Source: Elusimicrobiota bacterium (GTDB lineage Bacteria > Elusimicrobiota > Elusimicrobia > UBA1565). From it: a stretch of 64,000 nt of DNA. A program made the translations under genes and the position numbers. Under the pieces are notes generated by a model. That model saw only the letters and a list, made by a program, of their open reading frames with translations, was not told where the DNA came from and made no database searches. The stretch's first letter is position 1. Every line of letters begins with the position of its first letter. The DNA lies in contig JBDRPD010000050.1 of the NCBI GenBank assembly GCA_043827405.1, positions 96,001 through 160,000 of the forward strand, read 5' to 3'. This document shows, piece by piece, positions 19,879 through 29,533 of the stretch.

Positions 19879-20757
19879 CTATCCTTTGACGCCGCCCAAG
19901 GTCAGGCCCGAAACGAGCCATTTCGACGAATACAGAAACACCAGAAGGACCGGCACCGTAACCATAAGCGAGGCGGCGGCGAACATGCCCCACTGGGTCA
20001 GGTACTGGCCCTGCAGCTCGAAGAGCCCCAAAGTCCAGGTGTACTTGAAGGAATCGGTCAGCACCACCCGGGCCACCAGGTACTCGTTCCAGGCCTGCGT
20101 GAAGTTGAAGAGAAAAGCGATCGACAGCGCCGGGGTCGACAACGGCAGCACGATGCGGTAGAAGGCGCCGAAACGCGTGGTTCCATCAACCAAGGCGGCC
20201 TCTTCCAACGAGCGCGGGATGGTGTCGTAGTAGCCCTTGAGAATCCAGATACTGAAAGGCAGCGAGCTCACCGAATAGGCGATGATGATGCCGAGATAGG
20301 TGTTGGTCAGATGCAGCTTCATGATCATCAGAAACAGCGGCAGGAGCAGCATCCCGGCCGGAATCATCTGCGTGCCCAAAAGGAGCGTAAGGCCGAGCTT
20401 GCTCCCGGGGAACTTGAAGCGCGAGAAGGCGTAGCCCGCCGTTGACGCCAGGCTGACGCCGATAAACGAAGTGGTGCAGGTAATGACCAGCGAGTTCCAC
20501 AGCCAGACGAGGAAATTCGTATCCTGCATCACTTTCCAGTAGGAGAGCAGGGTCGCCCCCTGCGGGATAATGGCGAGGTCGGTTGATACGATCTGGTCGC
20601 CGGGCCGCAGCGATACCGCGAGGATGCGCAGCACCGGATAAAGGCAGATCACGCAATAGGCGAGAAGCGCCGCATGCGTCAGGGCGAGCGTAATCCGCCG
20701 CCGCCGCGCCGCCGCGCGCAGGGTCTCGAGGCTCGCCGCGAGCGCGGTCTCAGCCAT
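19879..20757 (-). CDS. malG: Maltodextrin ABC permease
   Basis: EAA motif (SLEEAALVDG); multiple TM segments. Confidence 0.88.
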   Translation of the reverse strand: MAETALAASLETLRAAARRRRITLALTHAALLAYCVICLYPVLRILAVSLRPGDQIVSTDLAIIPQGATLLSYWKVMQDTNFLVWLWNSLVITCTTSFIGVSLASTAGYAFSRFKFPGSKLGLTLLLGTQMIPAGMLLLPLFLMIMKLHLTNTYLGIIIAYSVSSLPFSIWILKGYYDTIPRSLEEAALVDGTTRFGAFYRIVLPLSTPALSIAFLFNFTQAWNEYLVARVVLTDSFKYTWTLGLFELQGQYLTQWGMFAAASLMVTVPVLLVFLYSSKWLVSGLTLGGVKG

Positions 20758-21916
20758 AGACGGACTCCTCGCTCTTCGCGGCGCGCATCCAGATAATCGA
20801 GAAGATAAACAGCATAAGAAAGATGACGATGGCGAAGGCGGCGCTGTAGCTGTAGCGATAGTAGGTGAACGCCGCCTTGTAGAGCGCCGAGACGAGAATG
20901 TCGGCGTCCTCGGTGCCGCCGGCCTGGCCGGTGACGAGATAGATGACGTTGATATTGTTAAAGGTCCACACCGTCCCCAAAGTCACCGCCGGCACCAGCA
21001 CGGGCTTAATCAGCGGCAAAGTAATATGGCGGAAGCGCTGCAGGGCGGAGGCCCCGTCGATCGCCGCCGCATCGTAGTAGTGACGCGAGATGGATTGCAG
21101 GCCGCCGAGGATGATCACCATCATGAAGGGAATGCCGAGCCAAACATTGATCAGCGTGCAGGTCAGGAAGGCGTGGTTGCTCAGCCATTGAACGGGCGCG
21201 ATCCCGAGCTTGCCGAGCATGATATTGATAAAGCCGTACTGGGAATGGAACTCGCCGCGCAGCGCCAATACCGCCACCACCTGCGGCATGGCCCAGGGGA
21301 TGATGAGAAAGGTCCGGTAGATGCCCTTGAGCCGGTCGCAGTTGTGCAGCAGCAGCGCCAAGGCGAAGCCTCCTACCACATGGCAGGTCACATTAAGCAC
21401 GGTCCACCAGGCGGTCCGCCCCAGCAGCTGCAGGAAGCCGACCTCGGACATCGGCGACGAGGTGAAGACTTTAACGAACTGCTTGAGCCCGACGAACGGC
21501 AGCGCCCCCGTCCGGCTCCACTCCATAATGGTGGTGAGCTTGAGATCATGGAAAGCCAGGTAGACCTCGAAGGCCAGGGGATAGGCGATCAGGAGGAGCA
21601 GGCCGAGCAGCCCCGGCGCCAGCAGCATATAGGGCAGCGCGAACCGCCCCCGCACTACGTGGCGGAAAGCGAAAGCTGCCGCGCCCTGAACGGCGACCAG
21701 CGCGGCGCCGAGCGCCGTAAGCTGCCCCGCGCCCAGCGGCGCACCGCCGATGAGCAGCGCCGCCAAGACCGCCGCCGGCACGCCCAGCACCGCGGCCGGC
21801 ATAAACCAGGAGCGCTCATGGCATTGCAGGTGGATGTAAAGGTAGAGCTCAAGCGCCGCGATCACGCCCGCGATGAGCAGCAGCAGCTGGACGACCTGGA
21901 TGATCGCGGCGCCCAT
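20750..21916 (-). CDS. malF: Maltodextrin ABC permease
   Basis: YDAAAIDGAS motif, IIPWAMP, FNNINVIYL; ATG overlaps malE stop. Confidence 0.88.
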   Translation of the reverse strand: MGAAIIQVVQLLLLIAGVIAALELYLYIHLQCHERSWFMPAAVLGVPAAVLAALLIGGAPLGAGQLTALGAALVAVQGAAAFAFRHVVRGRFALPYMLLAPGLLGLLLLIAYPLAFEVYLAFHDLKLTTIMEWSRTGALPFVGLKQFVKVFTSSPMSEVGFLQLLGRTAWWTVLNVTCHVVGGFALALLLHNCDRLKGIYRTFLIIPWAMPQVVAVLALRGEFHSQYGFINIMLGKLGIAPVQWLSNHAFLTCTLINVWLGIPFMMVIILGGLQSISRHYYDAAAIDGASALQRFRHITLPLIKPVLVPAVTLGTVWTFNNINVIYLVTGQAGGTEDADILVSALYKAAFTYYRYSYSAAFAIVIFLMLFIFSIIWMRAAKSEESVYG

Positions 21917-23145
21917 CAGTCGTTCATCTCCGCGATCTTCTGGGCCGCGTCTTTCTGCATCTTGCGCGCGGCCTCTGCGGGCGTGATCTTCTTGAGCAGC
22001 GCCTTGGCCAGATGCGGCCGAATCGCGTCCCATACCGCACGGATCTCGGTCGCCATCGGCATCGGCGTCCCCACCATGAGCTGATCCTTGGACGCCTGGA
22101 GCGCCGCGTCTTGGCGAATGGCTTCCGTTCCCATGGCCGCCTTGAGCGCCGGCAGCCGCATCAGCTGCGCCACCTGGGCGGTCTGGTTCTTTTCGTTGGT
22201 GTAGAACTCGACGAGCCGCCTAACGAGATCAAGCTTCGCTCCTTCCAGCTTCGAGCTCAGCATAAAATAACGGCCGCTGATCATCGGCGCGGGCCAGCGC
22301 CCGGTCTGCGAAAGCTTGGGAATGCGCGCCACGCCCAGGTCGGCGCCGAACTTCTCCCGGTAGCTGGAGATCGCCCAGTCGCCGTTGATGATAAAGGCCG
22401 CCTTGCCTTCTTTAAACAGCGCGTCCATGCAATTATAGTCGCATTCGGCGGGCATGATCCGCTGGTCATGGATCAGGCCGGCGAGAAACGCCAGCGTCCG
22501 GCGCATGGCCTCGGTATCCAAAGTCGGCGTCTTGTTGTCGATGGGAAATCCCCCGAACGCCCCGAGCCAAGGCACCAGCCAAAAGGGCTCGCCGGCGAAC
22601 CAGGCCGCGCAGTGCGCCAGCTTATGCCGGGGGACGATCTGCTTGCAGGTCCGGAACAGCTCATCGGTCGTCTCGGGCGCCCGCGGCGCCAGCTTCTTGT
22701 TGTAGAAGAGCATCAGGTGGTTGCCGTTGGAAATCGGCACCCCCCAGGTCTTGCCGTCCAGGGAGATCGCATCGACCACCGGCTTATTGTAGCGCTCCAT
22801 GGCGAAGAGCCCATTGACCGGCAGAATGAAGCCGGCGATCGAATAGATGCCGGCACGGTCGGAGGCGTCGATCACCAGGTCCGGCGGGCTGCCGGCGATG
22901 GAGGCGGTAAGAAATTGCTGGCGCAGGTCTTCCGGATGGAAGTGCGTACGGATCACCCGCACTCCATCGTTGCCCGGCTGCTGCGCAAAATCCTTGAAAA
23001 TAGCGTCGATGAAGGGCGTCACCGAGGCGTCCTCGAGCTCCCAGACCACTATGGTGCGTGGATCCCCGGACGGGTCCTCGGAAAATGCACAGGCGCCGAC
23101 GATGAGGGCGGCAAAAAGGAGCGGGAGCCTCCGCATGCGTCCCAT
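21916..23145 (-). CDS. malE: Maltodextrin-binding lipoprotein
   Basis: Lipobox IVGAC; LFYNKKL, IINGDWA, PMP..EIRAVWD. Confidence 0.87.
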   Translation of the reverse strand: MGRMRRLPLLFAALIVGACAFSEDPSGDPRTIVVWELEDASVTPFIDAIFKDFAQQPGNDGVRVIRTHFHPEDLRQQFLTASIAGSPPDLVIDASDRAGIYSIAGFILPVNGLFAMERYNKPVVDAISLDGKTWGVPISNGNHLMLFYNKKLAPRAPETTDELFRTCKQIVPRHKLAHCAAWFAGEPFWLVPWLGAFGGFPIDNKTPTLDTEAMRRTLAFLAGLIHDQRIMPAECDYNCMDALFKEGKAAFIINGDWAISSYREKFGADLGVARIPKLSQTGRWPAPMISGRYFMLSSKLEGAKLDLVRRLVEFYTNEKNQTAQVAQLMRLPALKAAMGTEAIRQDAALQASKDQLMVGTPMPMATEIRAVWDAIRPHLAKALLKKITPAEAARKMQKDAAQKIAEMND

Positions 23146-23160
23146 TCTACTCCTTTCTGC

Positions 23161-24621
23161 TCAGGCTTTGGCGGCTTTCGCCTTCTTGGGCACGGCGTTC
23201 CATATCTTGGCCGATAGTACCAGGCCGATGAGCGCGAAGGGCACCAAAAAGACCGGCCACCACACCCAGTTGTTTGGATCCTTGGCCGCTTCCCCGACGG
23301 GAGTGATGAAGCCGATCACCAGCGACTGCATGCCGGTACCGAGATACACCATGCCGTCGACGATGCCGACAGCCGCCCCGGTGTTCTTGGCGCCGCCGAA
23401 GTCGGCGGTCGAGGTCCCGGACAGAATGCCGTGCACGCCGATCACCGCCATGGAGATGAGGAAGGTGGCCGCGCCGGCGTACCACAGGTTGCCGCCGAGA
23501 GCAAAGGCCATCATGAGCGAGGTCAGCACCATCACCGCATAGAGAATAGCCGCCATCGGCGCGCGCCGCGACTGGAAGAACTTGTCCGAGGCCCAGCCGG
23601 TCATGAAGGAGCCGAGCAGGCCGGCGCACAGCAAAGTCAGGCCCCAGTTCTGGGTAATGAAGAAGGTCTTGCGAAAGCCCACTTCCGCCGCGAACAGCGG
23701 GTACCAGTGCATGACGCCGTTGCGCAGCACGCCGCTGCAGAACTCGATGCCGCAGATCACGAGGAGCACCGGATGCGTAAGGATCCGGTAGAAGACCGTC
23801 TTCATCGGCAGGCGCTCACCGTCGGCCGCCATCGACTCCTCGCCGGTGTCGAAGTCCTTGTAGCCCGCCTCGCCGGGGGTATTCTTGAGCAGGAAGTACA
23901 TCGCGAGCCAGCAGATGCCGAGCAGAATGGCAGGGGTGAAGAATATCCACCAGTTTTGGTCGACGCCCTTGCCGCCGACGCCGAGCACCGCCTGGAACAT
24001 CTTGGCCCAGAAGTTCAGCTTGTCGCCCGCAACGCCGCGCGTCGCCGCCACCAGGCTGTAGCCCCAGTCGAAGGCGAAGAAGATGCCCAAAGTGATCATC
24101 ACCCCGAAGATGGTGGAGAAGGTGCCGCGCTCGCGCACATGAAACCAGGGCGCCTTGACGGTGACTATGGAAATCGCGCCGTAGCTCTGAAAGTGCATAT
24201 TGACGGCGTAGAGAAAGGTGAAGGTCCAGAAGATCGACAGCTCCCAGCCCCAATAGGAAATGCCGTAAAGCACCGTGCCCATCATGACATTGACGGCGAT
24301 GGTGCCGGCGGTGCCGATCAGCATGGCCGTGCGCCCGCCGATCTTGTCGGTCAGCGGCCCGGTAAGCAGGAAGGAGATGCCGTAGACCCAGGCCCCGACG
24401 GCGAAGATCATGCCGAAGTCCGCCTTGGTCATAAGATCGCCCAAGGCGCTCTTGGCCACGGTCAGGTTGTAGCGCCCCATATAAAAGAAAGCGTAGGCCA
24501 GGCCCAGAGGAAACCAGTTGAGCATCCGGCGGAGCCGATAGGACCATTCGTGTTGCGGGGCGTCCATGAAAAACCTCTTGGGCGATCGGGATGTAGGGGA
24601 TTTTAGCAAGTTGGCGTTCAA
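23161..24621 (-). CDS. MFS transporter, OPA (GlpT/UhpT) family
   Basis: YMGRYNL, WFHVRERG, GWASDKFFQSRR, AVGIVDG; about 12 TM segments. Confidence 0.88.
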   Translation of the reverse strand: MNANLLKSPTSRSPKRFFMDAPQHEWSYRLRRMLNWFPLGLAYAFFYMGRYNLTVAKSALGDLMTKADFGMIFAVGAWVYGISFLLTGPLTDKIGGRTAMLIGTAGTIAVNVMMGTVLYGISYWGWELSIFWTFTFLYAVNMHFQSYGAISIVTVKAPWFHVRERGTFSTIFGVMITLGIFFAFDWGYSLVAATRGVAGDKLNFWAKMFQAVLGVGGKGVDQNWWIFFTPAILLGICWLAMYFLLKNTPGEAGYKDFDTGEESMAADGERLPMKTVFYRILTHPVLLVICGIEFCSGVLRNGVMHWYPLFAAEVGFRKTFFITQNWGLTLLCAGLLGSFMTGWASDKFFQSRRAPMAAILYAVMVLTSLMMAFALGGNLWYAGAATFLISMAVIGVHGILSGTSTADFGGAKNTGAAVGIVDGMVYLGTGMQSLVIGFITPVGEAAKDPNNWVWWPVFLVPFALIGLVLSAKIWNAVPKKAKAAKA

Positions 24622-24705
24622 ATAATGCGGGCACTCCGGGGTCCCGCCGAGGCGGCCGCATAGTACAATAGTTCAGGATACCGCATGCCGAACCGTGCCC
24701 GGATG

Positions 24706-25983
24706 AGAAGTTCCATAATAGCCGGCGCCTTGCTGCTGCTGGGCGCGGCACCCGCAACGGCGCAGGACCGGCGCGCCTGCATCCAGCTGGCGAAAGCATC
24801 GACGACGCGGCTGGCCGCCGCGCAGCGGGCGCGGGCGGCCCGCGCCCCGGACCCCGTTTTCCCCGAGGACGGCAGCCTCCCGCTGCGGGCCTGGTTTACC
24901 TCCCCGCCCAAGAGCGCCGATGTCGTGAATACCCGCACCCTGACGCGAATTCTCGAAGCCCAGGGCGCGGCGCTGTGCGATATCGGCTACGATTACGAGT
25001 GGATACAGGACATCGCGATTTTCACCGCCTCCGGCCGGCTGCTGCTGCAGGCGGAGATGCCGCCGGATCAGGACATCCTCGTCGGCGTCACCGAAGGCGT
25101 CCTCAACCAGGACCAATACGGCATCGACCCGCTGCGCCTGACCCGCAGCCACGCTCGGGCCCTCAAGCTGCCGTACCGCCGCATGCGCTGGACTTTCGTT
25201 GAGGGCGGGGAGATGATCACCGGCCGCTTCCCGAACGGCCGCACCTACGCCATAATCGATCAAGACGCGGTCGACCGCACCCGCGCCTACCACGAGTTCC
25301 TATTGGACCAACCCCTCTCCGAGCGCAAGGCCCGCCGTCTCATCGCCCGCGATCTCGGCATCTCGCCGCGCGACCTGTTTCCGGTGCCCAGCGGCGGGGA
25401 ACACCTCGACCTGCTGATTATGGCCCTGCCCGGCGGCGTGCTGCTCATGCAGGACTATGCGCAGACGGTGCCCGTACTCAATACCCTGCTGTCCGGAGAT
25501 CTCCCGCCCGCGGAGCGCCGGCGGCTGAAAGCGATGCGGAAATTCCATCAGCGCGGGACCTTCTACAGCGATCTTCTGATCCCGGAGCTCGAAGACTTCG
25601 ACCCGGCATCGCCCATGCGCCTGCGGCCCTACGACGCCGCGGAGGAAGAACAACGCCTGAACCGAATCGCGGCCGCGCTGCCCAAGAGCTTCCAGATCGT
25701 CCGCGTCGCGGGGATATTCAAAGAGTACAACGACGAAGCCGAATATTGGGAAGACGACAAGGAGCCGCTGCTGGACCAGATTAATTTTTTCAACGGCTTC
25801 GTGGGGGCGAATTCCCGCAAGAGCCTGACCGTCATCACCAATGCCGCCCAGGGCCTGAGCTCACTCGAAAGCTATTGGCGCAAGATTCTCAGCCGGCATG
25901 GCGTCGCCCCGGAACATGCGCATTTCCTCGGCAGCTTTTACAACGGCGCGGGCATCGACTGCGCCGGCGCCCCCAGCGGCTGA
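24706..25983 (+). CDS. Exported pentein-fold (guanidino-modifying, PAD/agmatine deiminase-like) protein
   Basis: Signal peptide; motifs in pentein order WIQD, VEGG, HLD, C-terminal GIDC. Confidence 0.6.
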   Translation, partial: RSSIIAGALLLLGAAPATAQDRRACIQLAKASTTRLAAAQRARAARAPDPVFPEDGSLPLRAWFTSPPKSADVVNTRTLTRILEAQGAALCDIGYDYEWIQDIAIFTASGRLLLQAEMPPDQDILVGVTEGVLNQDQYGIDPLRLTRSHARALKLPYRRMRWTFVEGGEMITGRFPNGRTYAIIDQDAVDRTRAYHEFLLDQPLSERKARRLIARDLGISPRDLFPVPSGGEHLDLLIMALPGGVLLMQDYAQTVPVLNTLLSGDLPPAERRRLKAMRKFHQRGTFYSDLLIPELEDFDPASPMRLRPYDAAEEEQRLNRIAAALPKSFQIVRVAGIFKEYNDEAEYWEDDKEPLLDQINFFNGFVGANSRKSLTVITNAAQGLSSLESYWRKILSRHGVAPEHAHFLGSFYNGAGIDCAGAPSG

Positions 25984-25993
25984 GCCCCGCCGC

Positions 25994-27205
25994 TTAAGCC
26001 CGCGCGCGGTATTTCGCCAGAAATTCCAGAATACGCGCATAGGCCTTGCGGAGCACGTCCTCCGGCGGCAAAAACACCACGCGCATATGCCGGGTTCCGG
26101 GCTTCTGGCCGAAGCCGCTCCCATGCACCGGCACCACGCCGGTTTCACGCACCAGCGCCTTGACGAAATCCTCGTCGGAACCCGGGATATCGAGCCGGGG
26201 AAAGCCGTAAAAGGCCCCCTCCGGCCTGACGCAGGAGATGCCTTCGGCGCTGTTGAGCATCTCGAAGGTGATGTCGCGGCGCCGGCGCAGCTTCGCGCCG
26301 ACCTCCCGCATGAAGGCCTGCTCCCCCTCCAGGGCGGGAGCGATGGCATGCTGCATCGGATGACTGGCGCATAGGCGGGCGCGCAGAATTTTATTGATCG
26401 CCTCGATATAATCCCCGAGCACCGCGCCGTCGCCGCTGACGATGCCCCAGCCGATGCGCCAGCCCGGCGCCTGGAAGCCCTTGGAGAGCCCGTTAAAGGT
26501 GATGACCGGCGCCGCGGGATCCAGGGCGGCGATGGAAATATGCTTTTGCTCCGTCAGCAGCATCTTGTCGTAGATCTCATCGCAGAAGACCACGATCCCC
26601 CGCTCCCGGGCCAGCGCCAGGACGGCGCGCAATGTTTCTTCCGAACATACCGACCCCGTAGGGTTATTGGGGTTGATCAGCACGATCGCCCGCGTCCGGT
26701 CGTCGATCTTGGCGCGAATATCCTCGATGTCCGGCTGCCAGCCGTTGTCCTCATCAAGATAGTAGGGCCTGAGCGATACTTCGAGCTTGGCCAGTACCGC
26801 CTCGTAGAGCGGATAACCCGGATAAGGGGTGAGCACGTTCTCGCCGCGGTCGGCCAAGGCGGTCAGGCAGATTTCGATGGCTTCGCTGCCGCCGTTGGTG
26901 ACAAAAATATCGCGGATGTTCCGAATACCGCTGCGCCCCGCCTCGGCTTCGATCGCCTTAACCGCGGCCGGAATGCCGGAGGACGGCGAATAGGAGTTCT
27001 TGTTGTCGCGCATCGCCTTATGCACGGCTTCGACGAGATGCGGCGGGGTGGCGAAATCGAACTGGTTGGGATCGCCGATATTAAGGTAGAGCATCTCCTT
27101 GCCCGCCTTGGCCGCCTCCTGGGCGACGGCAACGATATCGCGCACGGCATAGGTGATATGCGCGGTACGCTGGGCCGGCCGGATACTGGTTGCGGGCTTG
27201 GACAT
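25994..27205 (-). CDS. Class I/II PLP aminotransferase (AlaA/AspC-like)
   Basis: LNIGDP, INPNNPTG, DEIYDK, GLSKGFQAPGWRIGW. Confidence 0.93.
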   Translation of the reverse strand: MSKPATSIRPAQRTAHITYAVRDIVAVAQEAAKAGKEMLYLNIGDPNQFDFATPPHLVEAVHKAMRDNKNSYSPSSGIPAAVKAIEAEAGRSGIRNIRDIFVTNGGSEAIEICLTALADRGENVLTPYPGYPLYEAVLAKLEVSLRPYYLDEDNGWQPDIEDIRAKIDDRTRAIVLINPNNPTGSVCSEETLRAVLALARERGIVVFCDEIYDKMLLTEQKHISIAALDPAAPVITFNGLSKGFQAPGWRIGWGIVSGDGAVLGDYIEAINKILRARLCASHPMQHAIAPALEGEQAFMREVGAKLRRRRDITFEMLNSAEGISCVRPEGAFYGFPRLDIPGSDEDFVKALVRETGVVPVHGSGFGQKPGTRHMRVVFLPPEDVLRKAYARILEFLAKYRARA

Positions 27206-27286
27206 GATTCCCCCGTAGGTATGCGGACATTCTATCGCGGCGGGCCCCGCCTAGGCAAATGTTAGAATCTGTCCAGGAGAATAATT

Positions 27287-28708
27287 ATGCTCGCATTCAA
27301 GAACGTTAAGGAAGTTCAGAAATACGCCGCCAAAAACGGCATCGATTTTATAACGCTGCATGCCGCCGATATCGCCGCCCGCCTGCGCAGCGTCACCATC
27401 CCGGCGCGCAATATGACCGAGAAGATGCTCCGGGAAGGCGTGGGCTTCGACGCCTCCAATCTCGGCTTCGCCAAGGTCCACAAGAGCGACATGCTGCTGC
27501 TGCCCGACCTGAACTTCGCCTTCCGCGATCCGGTCGGCGAGCATCCCAATGTGCTGTTCTTTTTCTGCGACATCGTCGAGATCGGCTCGCAGAAGAGCTT
27601 CACCCAGGACATGCGCCACATCGTGCACAAAGCGGTCGGCGCGCTCAAAAACGCCGGCCTCGCCGACCAGGTCAAAGTCGGCGTCGAGCTGGAATTCAAC
27701 GTCATCGACCAGCTCTACAGCAAGATGACCATGCGCGAGACATCCTACCGCATCGAGAGCGCCGAGATCGCCAGCCCTCCGGGCGGCGAGGAAGTTTACC
27801 GCCTGGGCAAGAAGCGCGGCTACTTCCGCTCCGAGCCCAACGACCACCTCTTCGCCATCCGCAACGAGATCGTCGCCGCCTTCGAGAAGATCGGCCTGGA
27901 GGTCAAGTACCATCACCACGAAGTCGGCGCCTCGCAATGCGAGATCGAGTTCCGCTTCCTGCCGGTCGAGTTCATGGCCGACGCCACGGTGCTGGCCAAA
28001 AACATCTGCCACCGGGTGGCGCGCAAGCACGGCAAGATCGCGACCTTCATCCCCAAACTGATCCCCGGCGAAGCAGGCAACGGGATGCACGTGCATCAGT
28101 TCCTGCTCAAGAAGGGCAAAAACGTCTTCCACGACCCCAAGGGCCTCTATAAGCTCAGCCCGGCCGCGCTTTCCTACATCGCGGGAGTGCTGGACCACAC
28201 TTCCTCTTTGGCCGCCTTCACCAACCCGACCAGCAACTCGTACCGGCGGCTGGTGCCGGGGCTGGAAGCGCCGGTCAAGGTGGTCTTCGCCGAGGGCAAC
28301 CGCTCGGCCGCCATCCGCATCCCGGGCTATGTCCAGGACCCGCAGGAGCGGCGTTTTGAATTTCGCGCCATCGACGCGACCTGCAATCCCTATCTGGCCT
28401 ATGCGGCGATGATCATGGCGGGGCTCGACGGGTTCCGCCGCGGCCTGGACCCAAGGAAGCTCGGCTTCGGCCCTTTTGAGGCGAACATGTACGAGCTCTC
28501 GGCTAAACAGCTGGCCGAGATCAAGTCCTTCCCGTCGTCGCTGGAGGACGCGCTCACCAGCCTGGGCCATGATATGGAGTACCTCAAGCACCGGGACGTA
28601 TTTCCCTCCGTGCTGATTGATCAATGGGTGGCCTGGAAGAAGCTGGACATCGAGGAGATGCGGCGGGTGCCGCATCCATGGGAAATCGCGCGCTACTACG
28701 ACCTATGA
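27287..28708 (+). CDS. glnA: Glutamine synthetase type I
   Basis: GFDASN, HHHEV, GNGMHVH, NSYRRLVPG, NRSAAIRIP, RFEFR..DATCNPYLA. Confidence 0.95.
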   Translation: MLAFKNVKEVQKYAAKNGIDFITLHAADIAARLRSVTIPARNMTEKMLREGVGFDASNLGFAKVHKSDMLLLPDLNFAFRDPVGEHPNVLFFFCDIVEIGSQKSFTQDMRHIVHKAVGALKNAGLADQVKVGVELEFNVIDQLYSKMTMRETSYRIESAEIASPPGGEEVYRLGKKRGYFRSEPNDHLFAIRNEIVAAFEKIGLEVKYHHHEVGASQCEIEFRFLPVEFMADATVLAKNICHRVARKHGKIATFIPKLIPGEAGNGMHVHQFLLKKGKNVFHDPKGLYKLSPAALSYIAGVLDHTSSLAAFTNPTSNSYRRLVPGLEAPVKVVFAEGNRSAAIRIPGYVQDPQERRFEFRAIDATCNPYLAYAAMIMAGLDGFRRGLDPRKLGFGPFEANMYELSAKQLAEIKSFPSSLEDALTSLGHDMEYLKHRDVFPSVLIDQWVAWKKLDIEEMRRVPHPWEIARYYDL

Positions 28709-29427
28709 CGAATATCGGGACGCGGCTCGCGCGCCTTGAGGTGCGGCGAGCCTTCACCGCTACCGCTCGGGGATTCGACACCGCGCGGGATGCCGTTCCT
28801 GAAATCTGGAGCATGCGCCTTTCTTTGCTGGGCGCGATACTGGCGGTCCCGGCAATCGCGTCTTTACTGATCCCCGCCTTGGCCGCGCACAGCCCGGCCC
28901 ACATCTTCAGCTTCGCCGCCTACGGCGCCGGCACGCTAAGCATGTTTCTCGCCAGCGCGGCCTTTCACAGCCGGGCGGGCCACAAAAGAGGCTTCTTGAA
29001 GGGCCTCGACTACTGCGCCATCGCCTTCCTACTTGCGGGAAGCTTCACCCCGTACTGCACCATCGCCCTGCGAACGACGCTCGGGTATTGGGTGCTGGCT
29101 TTTATCTGGACGGCGGCGCTGATCGCCATCCGGCTCAGGATCAGCCGCCCGGACCTGTCCAAGTGGACCTTTATATCCCTATATCTGAGCGTCGGCTGGT
29201 TCGGCGCGCTGGTGGCGCATCCGGTTCTCAATGCTATCGGCACGCAGGGGGCGGGACTCACCGTTTTGGCCGGCACGATATACACCGTCGGGACTCTGGT
29301 CTTCAACCGCAATGAGGCGGAGGTCGAGCCTGCGGGCTTCGGCCAGCATGAGATATGGCATCTCTTCATCATCGGCGGGGCCGTCATCCAGTTTCTGGTA
29401 TTGCGGCTCTATATGATGCCGGCCTAG
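28705..29427 (+). CDS. Hemolysin III / PAQR family membrane protein
   Basis: SAAFH, LDYCAIAFLLAGSFTP, HEIWHLF; ATGA overlap with glnA. Confidence 0.9.
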   Translation: MTNIGTRLARLEVRRAFTATARGFDTARDAVPEIWSMRLSLLGAILAVPAIASLLIPALAAHSPAHIFSFAAYGAGTLSMFLASAAFHSRAGHKRGFLKGLDYCAIAFLLAGSFTPYCTIALRTTLGYWVLAFIWTAALIAIRLRISRPDLSKWTFISLYLSVGWFGALVAHPVLNAIGTQGAGLTVLAGTIYTVGTLVFNRNEAEVEPAGFGQHEIWHLFIIGGAVIQFLVLRLYMMPA

Positions 29428-29533
29428 CACCAACCCGCGTCTTTTCATCACCACAAAAGCCGTTATTCCATAAGTAAATTTTCGGTAACCAGCCTAGCGA
29501 CAGGCACGGTTCCGTGCTACTCTAGTAAGGAAC

